Shown here: positions 1 through 9,197 of the stretch, piece after piece
Layout of the letters: every line of letters starts with the position of its first letter
Position numbering within the stretch: the first letter of the stretch is position 1
Assembly (NCBI GenBank): GCA_965223005.1
Contig: CBDCVK010000008.1
Span: 180,389-244,388 of the forward strand
Direction: 5' to 3'
Length of the DNA: 64,000 bases
DNA from: Terriglobia bacterium
GTDB lineage: Bacteria > Acidobacteriota > Terriglobia > JAJPHL01 > JAPKYU01
Position numbers and translations under genes: made by a program
The notes under the pieces: model-generated
What the model saw: the letters and a program-made list of their open reading frames with translations, nothing else
What the model was told of the DNA's origin: nothing
The model's database searches: none

Positions 1-252
1 GTGTTTTACCGGGGACTAGGGCGGCCGCAAGGCATGACGTTCGACGCTCAGGGTAACCTCTACGTGGCTGCCTCCCTGGGTGGCCGCAAGGGAATTGTGC
101 GGATCGCACCCGACCAGCAAGCCCATCTGGCCGTTTCCGGCGCGGGTCTGGTAGGGGCGGCTTTCACTGCCGGCCGCTCTCTGATCCTTGCCAACACCAG
201 TTCCATCTTCCACCTGAATTGGGACGTCAGAGGGTTGCCGCTGCTCTCCTAA
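1..252 (+). CDS. 3' end of an SMP-30/gluconolactonase- or NHL-like beta-propeller protein (partial)
   Basis: PQGMTFDAQGNLYVA is a typical propeller blade motif; the ORF runs off the window edge. Confidence 0.6.
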   Translation: MFYRGLGRPQGMTFDAQGNLYVAASLGGRKGIVRIAPDQQAHLAVSGAGLVGAAFTAGRSLILANTSSIFHLNWDVRGLPLLS

Positions 253-375
253 TATCGTGACCGGTGATTCAGTTCCTCGGGAAGCTTCCGATCCTTGAGC
301 AACGCCGAGAATCACGCCGTGGATAAGACGAACGGGATCAACCGGCCACGGCACTAGGGCTGGACTGAGGTTCGG

Positions 376-1611
376 ATGAACGCAGAAATTATTGCCGTGG
401 GCTCAGAACTGTTGGGGCCGCACCGGCTAGACACCAATTCCCTGTTCATCACCAACCAGCTGAATCGCCTGGGCATCGAGGTTCGGCAGAAAACGGTGGT
501 GGGCGACGACGAAGCACAGATTGCGGCTGCCATGGGCGCCGCTCTCGAGCGCGCCGAGATCGTGGTGGTGATGGGCGGATTGGGACCCACCGCCGACGAC
601 CTCACTCGCGAAAGCGTGGTCCGCCTGCTGGGCAGGCGGCTGTCTCGTGACGCGCGCGTCGCCGAAGTGATCGAGAAGCGCTTCCGCACTCGCGGCTTCA
701 CTATGCCGGAGATCAACCTTCGCCAGGCCATGATCCTGGAAGGCGCCGAGATCCTGGAAAATCCAAGAGGCACCGCTCCCGGCCAGTGGATTCAGGAAGG
801 CGGCCGGACTCTGATGCTGCTGCCCGGCGTGCCTTCCGAAATGGAAGCCATGTTTGAGCGGCAGTGCCTGCCTCGACTGGAGAAGATCGCGCCCGGCCGG
901 CGGTTGCTCACCCGGGTGTTGAAAATCGCCGGCCTTTTTGAGTCGCAGGTAGACGAGCTGGCGGCGCCCATCTACCGCAAGTATGAGAACCCGACGACCA
1001 CCATCCTGGCTGCACCCGGGGAAATTCAGTTGCACCTGCGGGCCGCTGGGTCCGACGAAGCGGAGGCCCGCGGCGCCCTCAACGATTTGGCTTCCCGTCT
1101 GGAATTGGCTTTCGGCGACAACATCTTTTCCCAAGATGGCCAGTCGATGGAAGAAGTGGTTGGCATGTTCCTGACGATGAAAAGCAAGACGCTCGCGGTG
1201 GCGGAAAGCTGCACAGGCGGGTTGCTGGCGGAACGCATGACGCGCGTTCCGGGAAGTTCCCGTTATTTTCTGGGAGGGCTCGTAGCTTACCAGAACGAGG
1301 TCAAAACGCGCTGGCTGGAGGTGCCAGCCTCGGTGCTGGAATCCAACGGGGCCACCAGCGGAGAGGTGGCGCGCATCCTAGCCGAATCCGTGCGGCGGCG
1401 CTTTGGAGCCGACTTCGGACTCAGCATCACTGGAATCGCCGGGCCTTCCGGCGCTACCGAGGCCAAGCCGGTGGGACTGGTCTACCTGGCACTGGCGGAA
1501 GCCGGCCGCGCAGGCGAGGTCATCGAGAAGCACTATCCGGGCACGCGAGACCGCATCCGCCTTCAGGCCACCCAAACCGCCCTGGACATGCTCCGCCGCC
1601 GGATCAAATAG
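376..1611 (+). CDS. cinA: Competence/damage-inducible protein CinA (MoCF domain + PncC NMN deamidase)
   Basis: AEIIAVGSELL, GGLGPTADD, AESCTGG, GIAGPSG motifs. Confidence 0.95.
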   Translation: MNAEIIAVGSELLGPHRLDTNSLFITNQLNRLGIEVRQKTVVGDDEAQIAAAMGAALERAEIVVVMGGLGPTADDLTRESVVRLLGRRLSRDARVAEVIEKRFRTRGFTMPEINLRQAMILEGAEILENPRGTAPGQWIQEGGRTLMLLPGVPSEMEAMFERQCLPRLEKIAPGRRLLTRVLKIAGLFESQVDELAAPIYRKYENPTTTILAAPGEIQLHLRAAGSDEAEARGALNDLASRLELAFGDNIFSQDGQSMEEVVGMFLTMKSKTLAVAESCTGGLLAERMTRVPGSSRYFLGGLVAYQNEVKTRWLEVPASVLESNGATSGEVARILAESVRRRFGADFGLSITGIAGPSGATEAKPVGLVYLALAEAGRAGEVIEKHYPGTRDRIRLQATQTALDMLRRRIK

Positions 1612-1688
1612 CCAGTTTCCGGTGTCCGGCCACAGGTGCCAGGTTTTGTAAGGAATTGGCGTGAGACCTGCAAGCTGACCCCTTCCTT

Positions 1689-2240
1689 ATGCGGTTGTTC
1701 GTGGCCCTGGAGTTGGATGAGGCTGTCCGCTCGCGGATTACCGCCCTGCTGCGCCAACTGGAGCCGGCGGTTCGCCAAGTCAAGTGGGTGAAGCCGCAAT
1801 CGCTGCACCTGACGCTCAAGTTCATTGGCGAGCAACCGGAAGACAGATTGCCAGCCCTGGTCGAAGCGCTGGCGGGCGTGCCCGCGCCCGGGCCGCTGGA
1901 ACTCGGTTTCCGCGGGTTGGGCTGTTTTCCCAATGAGCGCCACCCCCGTGTCTTCTGGGTGGGCGTGCTGGCGCCGCCGGCCTTGGGCCAACTCGCCGCC
2001 GGGGTCGAGCGGGCCTTGGCGCCGCTGGGGATTGACCCCGAGCAGCGTCCATTCTCTCCTCACCTGACCCTGGGCCGGCTGAGGCAGGGCAGCCGTCTTC
2101 CAGTCTTGCCGCCGGAATGGGAAGTCCACCGCTCCGAGGATCTCGGCCGCTACACGGCAACGGAACTGTTCCTCTATCAGAGTCGGCTTTTTCCTCACGG
2201 TGCTGAATACGTCAAGCTGAAGCATTTCCCCTTGGAATAA
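1689..2240 (+). CDS. thpR: RNA 2',3'-cyclic phosphodiesterase (2H family)
   Basis: MRLFVAL start, two HxT motifs (LHLTLKF, PHLTLGR), usual neighbour of cinA. Confidence 0.93.
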   Translation: MRLFVALELDEAVRSRITALLRQLEPAVRQVKWVKPQSLHLTLKFIGEQPEDRLPALVEALAGVPAPGPLELGFRGLGCFPNERHPRVFWVGVLAPPALGQLAAGVERALAPLGIDPEQRPFSPHLTLGRLRQGSRLPVLPPEWEVHRSEDLGRYTATELFLYQSRLFPHGAEYVKLKHFPLE

Positions 2241-2426
2241 CCACTGGCCAATCTGTTTCTCGTTGCGGTGCCAACCCCGGAAGGATTTCCCCGCCCGGTG
2301 TTCCGCCAAGGCGTCCTACCGGCAAGACGTCCCGGAGGACACGCTTTGCTCTCCGACAGTTCACCGGAGAACCGTCCTGCCGCCTGCCGGGACCCGCCTG
2401 GTAGGCGCTTGCTCAATAGCCCAAAG

Positions 2427-2494
2427 GTACCAAGCAGAATGTAACTGTTCTCCTATTGGCTGCTTGCTGTCGCTGCGTTTAACTAGACACTGTT
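2427..2494 (+). promoter_or_regulatory. Conserved upstream element, copy 1 (paralog at 4476-4543)
   Basis: gtaccaagcaRaatgtaactgt..ctattggc..ttgctg..ttaactagRcactgtt-ATG is shared with the second copy. Confidence 0.6.
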
Positions 2495-2671
2495 ATGAAG
2501 GCAACAAAGACCCAAGCCATGGCGGCGCTGTTCTGTGCGGTTGTTGCTGCACGGAAGAGCCGCAGAAGTCTGCCGGAGTTCTTACGGATTCTCCCGTTGA
2601 GTCCGGAGATGAAATCTATGGCGCTGAAGAGCTATCGAGGCGTATTTGAATCAGCTGGATTGGAGCCATGA
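2495..2671 (+). CDS. Unannotated 58-aa small protein (MKATKTQAMAALFCAVVAARKSRRSLPEFLRILPLSPEMKSMALKSYRGVFESAGLEP)
   Basis: Paralog at 4544-4714 differs by many synonymous changes; stop overlaps the next start (ATGA at 2668-2671). Confidence 0.75.
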   Translation: MKATKTQAMAALFCAVVAARKSRRSLPEFLRILPLSPEMKSMALKSYRGVFESAGLEP

Positions 2672-4302
2672 GCGGCACGAAACAACCCAAAGTCCTCGTC
2701 ATTGACGATGACGAGCAGATGCTGACCATCGTCCGGAAAATACTGGAAGGTGAGGGCTTGGCCGTTGACGTGGCGCAGTCGGCCCGTGAAGCGTTGGACC
2801 GCTTGCCTGAAAATGGCTACAACGCCATCCTCTGCGACATGTTGATGCCGGGGATGTCGGGCGCAGAGTTCTACCAGCAGGTGAAAAAGGAATTCCCAGA
2901 GTACAAGCGCCGGATTGTGTTCCTGACGGGCGATATCGCCTCGGAAGCTACCTGGGAGTTTATTGAGCAAAGGCATTTGCCTTACGTTTCGAAGCCCTTC
3001 GGAGCTCGCGAGTTGCACCAGAAGCTGCGGGAGTTGGTCGGAGAGCCGGCTTCTGCAGCCAGCTCGCCCGAGAAGCCGAAGAACACCCGGCGGCATCGGC
3101 GGATTGCGATCAAGGCTGCCATTCGGGTGCGCAAGAAGAGATGGGCCACCGACGGCCCCGAGATTACCGTGGCCACCAACGTCAGTAAAGAAGGCGCTTA
3201 CTTCCTCAGCAACCGGCAATACCGGGTCGGCACCGAGGTGCTGGTTTCGTTTCCCTACACCGGCCCGCAGGATGCCGAGCAGGAAGGCTGCGTGGTGCGG
3301 GCGGACGAAGATGGGGAAGGCCGATGGGGTGTGGCCATCGCCCTGGGTCCTGCGGCCCTGGCCTTCCGCTCCGGACTGGCTGGCGGGCCCGAAGAGCGCC
3401 GGCGCCACCGCATCCTGGCCATGGCCGACCTGTCTGGCCAGAGGCCCCTTCCCCGCGCTGGCAATGAGAAAGAGGCCGACCTTGCTGACCTGGAACGGAC
3501 GGTGGAACGCGAGCGGGAAGAGGCTCGCCGCCTCGCCGAGCAGCTCACCGACGTGAACGCCAGCCACGAGCGTGTGGCTGCCCAGCGCGATCACCTGGCC
3601 GCCGAGGAGACGCGCCTCAACCTGCAGTTGCGTGAGCTCACGGCCGCCAAAGCCACGCTGGGTCAGGTGACCGAAGAGCTCAAGCAGCAGATGGAGACGC
3701 TGCAAAAGCAGCTGGCGGTCAGCGAAGGTTACCGCTTCCAGGCCACGCACGATTCTCTCACCGGGGTTTGGAACCGCGCAGCGATCCTGGACATTCTGGG
3801 CGGGGAACTGGAGCGCGCCAAGCGCGAGGGAATCCCTGTAGGGGTTGTGCTGGCCAACCTAGACCATTTCAAGGCTATCAACGACACATACGGGCATCTG
3901 GCCGGCGATGCGGTGTTACGGGAAACTGGCCGCAGAATGGCTTCCTCCGTACGGCTGTATGACTCGGTCGGCCGCTATGGAGGAGAAGAGTTCCTGATTG
4001 TCCTCCCAGACTGCGATGCCACCAGCACGCTGAACCAGGCCGAGAGAATTCGAGCCTGCCTCAGCAACGAACCCGTGCACACCCGGGAGGGTCAGATCTC
4101 CAGCACCATGAGTTTGGGGGTGGCCGTCGGAAGCGAGGAGGACGAGATGGAAACCCTCCTGCGCGCTGCCGATGCCGCGTTGTACCGGGCCAAGCGTGCA
4201 GGCCGCAACCGTGCCGAGGCGGCCACGGCTATGGAAGCCGCTGCGCCACATTTGCTTGCAAGTGAGGCCCCCCAGGGGGTGAGCAAGGATGGACAGGCCT
4301 GA
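2668..4302 (+). CDS. Diguanylate cyclase with REC-PilZ-coiled coil-GGDEF architecture
   Basis: REC (VLVIDDD, CDMLMPGMSG, KPF); PilZ (RRHRR..NVSKEG); RLYD I-site; GRYGGEEF. Confidence 0.9.
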   Translation: MSGTKQPKVLVIDDDEQMLTIVRKILEGEGLAVDVAQSAREALDRLPENGYNAILCDMLMPGMSGAEFYQQVKKEFPEYKRRIVFLTGDIASEATWEFIEQRHLPYVSKPFGARELHQKLRELVGEPASAASSPEKPKNTRRHRRIAIKAAIRVRKKRWATDGPEITVATNVSKEGAYFLSNRQYRVGTEVLVSFPYTGPQDAEQEGCVVRADEDGEGRWGVAIALGPAALAFRSGLAGGPEERRRHRILAMADLSGQRPLPRAGNEKEADLADLERTVEREREEARRLAEQLTDVNASHERVAAQRDHLAAEETRLNLQLRELTAAKATLGQVTEELKQQMETLQKQLAVSEGYRFQATHDSLTGVWNRAAILDILGGELERAKREGIPVGVVLANLDHFKAINDTYGHLAGDAVLRETGRRMASSVRLYDSVGRYGGEEFLIVLPDCDATSTLNQAERIRACLSNEPVHTREGQISSTMSLGVAVGSEEDEMETLLRAADAALYRAKRAGRNRAEAATAMEAAAPHLLASEAPQGVSKDGQA

Positions 4303-4475
4303 CTTCATGAAGACGCAATCCCATCTCGATCATGTTCTTTGCCGTGCCGGCACCCGCGAGCCTGGCCAAGCTGCGCCACCGATCCCCCGGTAGCGTAGCC
4401 CTGCTCGCATGGTGGAGACCCGCCACCAGCCAGCCATAATTCCCACCTGCTGGGCGCGCGCCCGCTAGTCCGAAA

Positions 4476-4543
4476 GTACCAAGCAAAATGTAACTGTGGG
4501 GCTATTGGCCATTTGCTGCGGCTCCGCTTAACTAGGCACTGTT
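4476..4543 (+). promoter_or_regulatory. Conserved upstream element, copy 2
   Basis: Aligns to 2427-2494 up to the ATG of the small ORF. Confidence 0.6.
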
Positions 4544-4714
4544 ATGGACAGCACAAGAACTCAAACGACCCAGACCATGGCGGCGCTGTTTTGCGCGATG
4601 GTTGCGGCACAGAAGACCCGCAGACCCCTCCCGGAGTTTCTGCGGATTCTCCCGGTGAGGTGCGCGATCAAGTCCATGGCACTGAAATCTACGCCAATGA
4701 GGTTTACGTTATGA
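4544..4714 (+). CDS. Unannotated 56-aa small protein (MDSTRTQTTQTMAALFCAMVAAQKTRRPLPEFLRILPVRCAIKSMALKSTPMRFTL)
   Basis: Paralog of 2495-2671; ATGA overlap at 4711-4714 with the GGDEF gene. Confidence 0.75.
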   Translation: MDSTRTQTTQTMAALFCAMVAAQKTRRPLPEFLRILPVRCAIKSMALKSTPMRFTL

Positions 4715-6117
4715 GCCATGCGAACCCAATGTCGAACTTGAGTACCCTGCCGGCCACCGAGGCCGGTCTGGTTGAAGGAGCTACTATGAGCCTAGTCACT
4801 ACTGACGTGGTGTCCCCTGCGAACCCTGCCTCATTTCCACAGGAGGCTTTCGCTCAGTTTGCCCCCCGGCCCCAGGGGGCCGAAGGCGAGCCATCGGAGT
4901 CGGATCAGCATTTGTCTCCTCTGGATGCCATTGCTGGCCTGTCGGCGATTCAAGACAGGTTGCAGCAACTGGAACGGAGAGATTGGCGGGTCTGGTCAGC
5001 GGCCCTCGCGGTGCTGCTGCTGATGGGGACCGTGCTTGCACTCTCCTCAGCGCCCTTCTGGACACAGTTTTCCATCGTGCTGCTTTTCAGCGGCTATGCC
5101 GTAGCCCAGCAGCTGGTGAGCAGACGAATCCGGCATGAGCTGTCCCGGCAGGTTGATTCGATGTTGCTGTCCCAGCAGATTGACTCGGTCTTCAACCTGA
5201 AATTCCGGACCGAGGATTCTCACCAGCTGGCGATGCTGGATCCCGTCACCGGACTGTACAACCGCAGCTTCCTCGAGGAGCACCTATCTACCGAGCTGGC
5301 CCGATCCCAGAGGGAGGAAAATTCACTCGCCGTGGTGGCGCTGCATCTGAAGGACTTCGCGCAGATCATCGACTCCTACGGACGCTCGGCCGGCGATCTG
5401 GTGCTGAAGCATTTTGGCGCACAACTCAAGAAAGCGATCCGAAACTCGGATTTTGCCGCGCGCACAGGCCAGGATGAGTTCATGGTGTTGTTCCCCGAAG
5501 GCAGACCCGAGCAGGTGCCGGTCACGCTTCCCCGCATGGCGGATCTGGAAGTGGACTTTCGTGCGGAGAAGATTCCAGTCAGCTTTGTTTCTGGGTGGAC
5601 CGCCTATCAACCTGGCGACTCCCCCGGCCAGCTCTTGGATCGTGCCGAGCAGGCGGTTCTTGCCGACAAGCCAACCGGGCCGGCCGAGCCGGAGACCCTG
5701 GTGGCCCTAAGCGCAACCGCTCCTGCTGAAGAAGAGGGAGTCGCTGAGGCGCCTGGTATGCAGGCTGGCCCACAACCTGAACCAACTGCTGATACTGAGC
5801 AAGCCGAGCAGACGGTTTTGGCCTACAAGCCACCCAGCGAGGCCGAGCCGGAGGTCCTGGTGGGCCTAAACGCAGTTTCTTCCGCTGCCAAAGATGAAGT
5901 CGCTGGGACACCTGGCATGCAGGCTGACCCACAACCTGAACCAGCTGCTGACGCTGGTCAAAGGGTACGCCGAGCTAGTGCCAGATCAGCTAAGCCGGGC
6001 CGCTCCGCTACGCGGCGACGTAGAGTAGTACCTGCGACCGCTCCGGTAGGTGAATTCGCTGCTCTGGCGGCTGCTGCTCTAAAGCCGGGGCCCAGCGATG
6101 AACCTCAAAGTGCTTGA
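4711..6117 (+). CDS. Membrane-anchored degenerate GGDEF protein with an acidic/Pro-rich repeat tail
   Basis: Two hydrophobic segments; DPVTGLYNR; active site reads TGQDEF; start moved to ATG 4711 (ATGA coupling). Confidence 0.8.
   Translation: MSHANPMSNLSTLPATEAGLVEGATMSLVTTDVVSPANPASFPQEAFAQFAPRPQGAEGEPSESDQHLSPLDAIAGLSAIQDRLQQLERRDWRVWSAALAVLLLMGTVLALSSAPFWTQFSIVLLFSGYAVAQQLVSRRIRHELSRQVDSMLLSQQIDSVFNLKFRTEDSHQLAMLDPVTGLYNRSFLEEHLSTELARSQREENSLAVVALHLKDFAQIIDSYGRSAGDLVLKHFGAQLKKAIRNSDFAARTGQDEFMVLFPEGRPEQVPVTLPRMADLEVDFRAEKIPVSFVSGWTAYQPGDSPGQLLDRAEQAVLADKPTGPAEPETLVALSATAPAEEEGVAEAPGMQAGPQPEPTADTEQAEQTVLAYKPPSEAEPEVLVGLNAVSSAAKDEVAGTPGMQADPQPEPAADAGQRVRRASARSAKPGRSATRRRRVVPATAPVGEFAALAAAALKPGPSDEPQSA
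5644..5960 (+). repeat. Two imperfect in-frame tandem copies of a 159-bp (53-aa) unit
   Basis: AEQAVLADKP..PGMQAGPQPEP at 5644 and AEQTVLAYKP..PGMQADPQPEP at 5803. Confidence 0.85.
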
Positions 6118-6245
6118 CCTGAACGGTCGGCCGGACGAGATGGAGCCGGAGCCGGGAGAGGCTGTAGAGGCAGCCTCATAGGCGGTTGAAAAAAGTCCCC
6201 ACGCCTCATAAAGCCACCCTCGCCGGCGCCGCGTGGGACGCCCGG

Positions 6246-7172
6246 CTAGTGGAACGCCCCGGATTCCACCCGGTCCCAACCCAGCTTGTTGAGAAGCTGG
6301 GTCAGCCGTCCCTGCACCCAGGCCTGAGGCCCCATCAAGTCGGCCAGCTCGCCGTAGACTCGTGCGGCTTCATCCACCATTCCGTTCTCTTCGTATAGGA
6401 ACGCAAGTAGGAAGCGGGGCCCGTTGTCGGACGGATTGTCCTGCAGGAGTTGGTGCAGGCTGTCCTCGGTAGCACGGACCTGCTCGGCCTTCTCGTTGGG
6501 TAGCACCTGAAAGAAGGAGACAGCTTCCACCAGCGTGTCTTCACCTTCACGAGCAGTCACCCGCCACCCAATATTTCTTGCCCCACTTCAGCGCCTGGGT
6601 CTCGGCCGGATACCGCAGCTCGGTCGCCGCAACCGTCTGGCGCCACAAAATCCGCTCTTCCCGATTCATCAGTTTGACCTCGTAGACCTCGGCGTTGTCC
6701 ACCGGAGCCCAGAGGAAACGGGCTCCAGCGTGGCGACCCGTGTGCGGGGTGGAGAACGCAGCAATAGGTTGGCACCGCGCAGGCGCATCATGCCCGATTG
6801 CATCCTGCTCGCGCTGGCCAGAACCAAGTTGCTGGGCAGGCGGCAGGAGGGTACCTTGCGCTCGGCGTTGAGGTTGCCCTTCAGCACCTTCAAGGCCTCG
6901 GCGTCAAACTGCACCTCGGCGCCGGCCGGAATCTTGGCGGCCCGGGACTCGGGACAGTACAAGAAGGCGGCCTCGGAATTCTTGCCAGTCAGGATACGGT
7001 CGCCGGGGGCAATCAGGTCCGCCGTGCGGGCCGGAACGGGGGTCTTCTGGCCGGACCGGAGAATCCTCACGTTGCCCGAGACCATGGAGAGCAGGCCGAC
7101 TGGGGCCGCGCCCTGCGCGGCCACTGCCAGTAACAGCATTGCGATTACGGTCCAATGCATCTTACGAGTCAT
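6246..7172 (-). CDS. Secreted protein with a FecR-like N-terminus and DUF928/TPR-like C-terminus, interrupted by two compensating 1-nt indels
   Basis: Signal peptide; SGNVRI..GDRILTG; repairing ggg 6720-6722 and ccc 6567-6569 restores PRFLWAPVDNAEVYEVKL..KYWWRVTARE and joins ORFs 6669-7172 and 6246-6560, which share a frame. Confidence 0.7.
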
Positions 7173-9085
7173 GCGTCACCACCTTTTAACTCCAGGATTT
7201 TATATACCGCCATGGGTTCGGCCACCCCCTTCAACTTGGCGTGCCCCGCCAGTTCCGCCACCACGTCCTGGCGGACCTCCTCGTAGGTGGCCTCGCTGAC
7301 CAGAAGCTGGGAATGGAACGTCTTGTTTTCTCCTTCGATGCGCGAGGCCACATTCACCGTGTCCCCGATAGCCGTGTATTCCATCTTCTCCGGCGCACCG
7401 ATGTTGCCCACCACGGCGTCGCCGGTGTGCAGTCCGATGCCAACAACGAGCTCCCTCAGGCCGCGTTCGGTGCGGCTCCGGTTGTATTCCTGGTTGCGCT
7501 TCACCATGCCCAAGGCGCTGCGCACAGCTCGCCGGGCGTCATCAGGATGGGGGACGGGCGCGCCAAACAGGGCCATGATCCCGTCCCCAATGAATTTGTT
7601 GATCATGCCGCCATGCGCCTTGATTTCCGCGGTCATCTCCGCAAACAACTCGTTTAGCTCCTCCACCACCAGACGGGGGTCGCGGCCCTGACAGTAGCCG
7701 GTGTAGTTGCGGATGTCCGAGAACATCACCGTGACCCGCTGGTAGCTGCCGCCCAGGGGGATTTCACCCTGTTCCATCACTTCGCGCGCTACCTCGCTGG
7801 AGACGTAGCGGCCGAAGACCTCCTGCAACAGACGGCGCTGGCGGTCTTCGGTGCGCGAATAGGCGCCGTAAGAAGCCAGCCCGCTCACTGCGACGGCCAG
7901 CACCGGCGGAACCACCGGCAACACCAGGTCGTATTGCAAGCTGACCATCGTCGCCACCAGGTAAACGGCGACGGCGCCCAACAGGGTCAGCGGCGCCCAG
8001 GGGAACCCGATCCGGAAAATGCACAAGCTGGCCAGCGCGGCCCCCGCCAGCACCAGCGCCAGGGTCGCCGCCGGCGAAGCCTCCCGCAGGAAGCGCTTCT
8101 CCAGCAAGGTGCCCAGGGCGTTGGCGTGAATCTCCACCCCGGGGGTGAGACTCTGTCCGCCGCCAGCCAGGTAGAACGGTGAGGGCCGCCGATCGGTGGG
8201 ATCCAGCGTGCCAACCAACAACGTCTTGCCATCAAACCACTGCTTCAGTTTCTCCGTCTGGCCCTGCCTCGCGGCAGCCAGCACGTCGGCCATGGATACG
8301 GCCGGGAAGGTGCCGCCCGGCCCCCAGTAGTGGATCAGAAGAAAGCCGGAAGAATCGAGCGGCACTGCGTGGTCGCCAAAGCGGATTGAGCTGTTCTGCT
8401 CATCGAGGACTCCACGTTCCTGCCCAAGAACCTGAGAGGCGAGCCGGGTGGCAAACGATTCCGGGGCATCCGGACCTTGGCTCTGTAATTCCTGCCGGCG
8501 AATGAAGCCGTCGGTATCGAAGGTGACGTTGGCAAAGCCCATCGCTCCCTGAGCGCCGGCGAACATGTAGAGGGGGAGCGATTCCGGAGGCGGGTGCAAG
8601 GTGTCATAGGCCAGCACGATGGGCATCGAGGCAGAAGCTTCCATAAAGGCCGCGGCCAGTTCGCGATCCAGGTCCGGAGCCCAAGGCTCCACTGAAATGG
8701 CAAAGAACGCGTCCAGGCCAAGGGCGCGCGCCCCGCCCGCGGCAGCCGCGCGAAACAATGCCGCATAGTGCGGATGCCAGAAAATTTTCGGCTCCGGTAG
8801 AGCGTCCTCGGTCTTCTCGTCTATAGTCACCAGCACGATGTTCGGCGGCGGCGGCTGTTTCCCGCGCAACACAAAGCGCAGATCGTAGGTTTTCAGTTCT
8901 AGCAACTGCAGGGGGGAAGTCGCGCTCAGAGCCCAGGCCAGAGCCGCCGACGCGATGGCCGTGCCCGTTGCCAGGGCCAGCGTCCTCCACCGGCGGTCGC
9001 GAGCTTTCTTGCCCGGCTTCGGCGGGATAGGCGGCCCGCCGGCCTCCGTCCCCTCCCGCAGGGATGTTGATGCAGGTGTGGCCAA
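7169..9085 (-). CDS. CHASE2-domain class III adenylate/guanylate cyclase
   Basis: IVLVTIDE, PGVEIHA, three TM helices, FSDIRNYT, KFIGDGIM, GDTVNVASR. Confidence 0.93.
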   Translation of the reverse strand: MATPASTSLREGTEAGGPPIPPKPGKKARDRRWRTLALATGTAIASAALAWALSATSPLQLLELKTYDLRFVLRGKQPPPPNIVLVTIDEKTEDALPEPKIFWHPHYAALFRAAAAGGARALGLDAFFAISVEPWAPDLDRELAAAFMEASASMPIVLAYDTLHPPPESLPLYMFAGAQGAMGFANVTFDTDGFIRRQELQSQGPDAPESFATRLASQVLGQERGVLDEQNSSIRFGDHAVPLDSSGFLLIHYWGPGGTFPAVSMADVLAAARQGQTEKLKQWFDGKTLLVGTLDPTDRRPSPFYLAGGGQSLTPGVEIHANALGTLLEKRFLREASPAATLALVLAGAALASLCIFRIGFPWAPLTLLGAVAVYLVATMVSLQYDLVLPVVPPVLAVAVSGLASYGAYSRTEDRQRRLLQEVFGRYVSSEVAREVMEQGEIPLGGSYQRVTVMFSDIRNYTGYCQGRDPRLVVEELNELFAEMTAEIKAHGGMINKFIGDGIMALFGAPVPHPDDARRAVRSALGMVKRNQEYNRSRTERGLRELVVGIGLHTGDAVVGNIGAPEKMEYTAIGDTVNVASRIEGENKTFHSQLLVSEATYEEVRQDVVAELAGHAKLKGVAEPMAVYKILELKGGDA

Positions 9086-9099
9086 CGTGCCCCCTCTGA

Positions 9100-9129
9100 T
9101 TGACCTGGCCCTAAAGCGAATTATACACT
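9100..9129 (+). promoter_or_regulatory. Putative sigma70 promoter for the caspase-TPR/TonB operon
   Basis: TTGACC-18 nt-TACACT in the short divergent gap. Confidence 0.4.
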
Positions 9130-9197
9130 AGTTGGAGGCTCTGCCCGGCCCACGCGGCGGTGATTTGGTTGCGGGGCGGTCGGGACAGGACTACTCA

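Noticed and set aside
2455-2480. TGGC..TTGC in the duplicated element as a sigma54 promoter
   Set aside because: The required GG-N10-GC spacing is not met in either copy
4513-4710. N-terminal extension of the second GGDEF ORF, and ORF 2263-2649
   Set aside because: Alternative-frame shadows of the small ORFs; substitutions are synonymous in the small-ORF frame, not in these
6172-6215. aggcggttgaaaaaagtc with repeated gcctcata as an IS end
   Set aside because: No partner end or transposase nearby; too short to support
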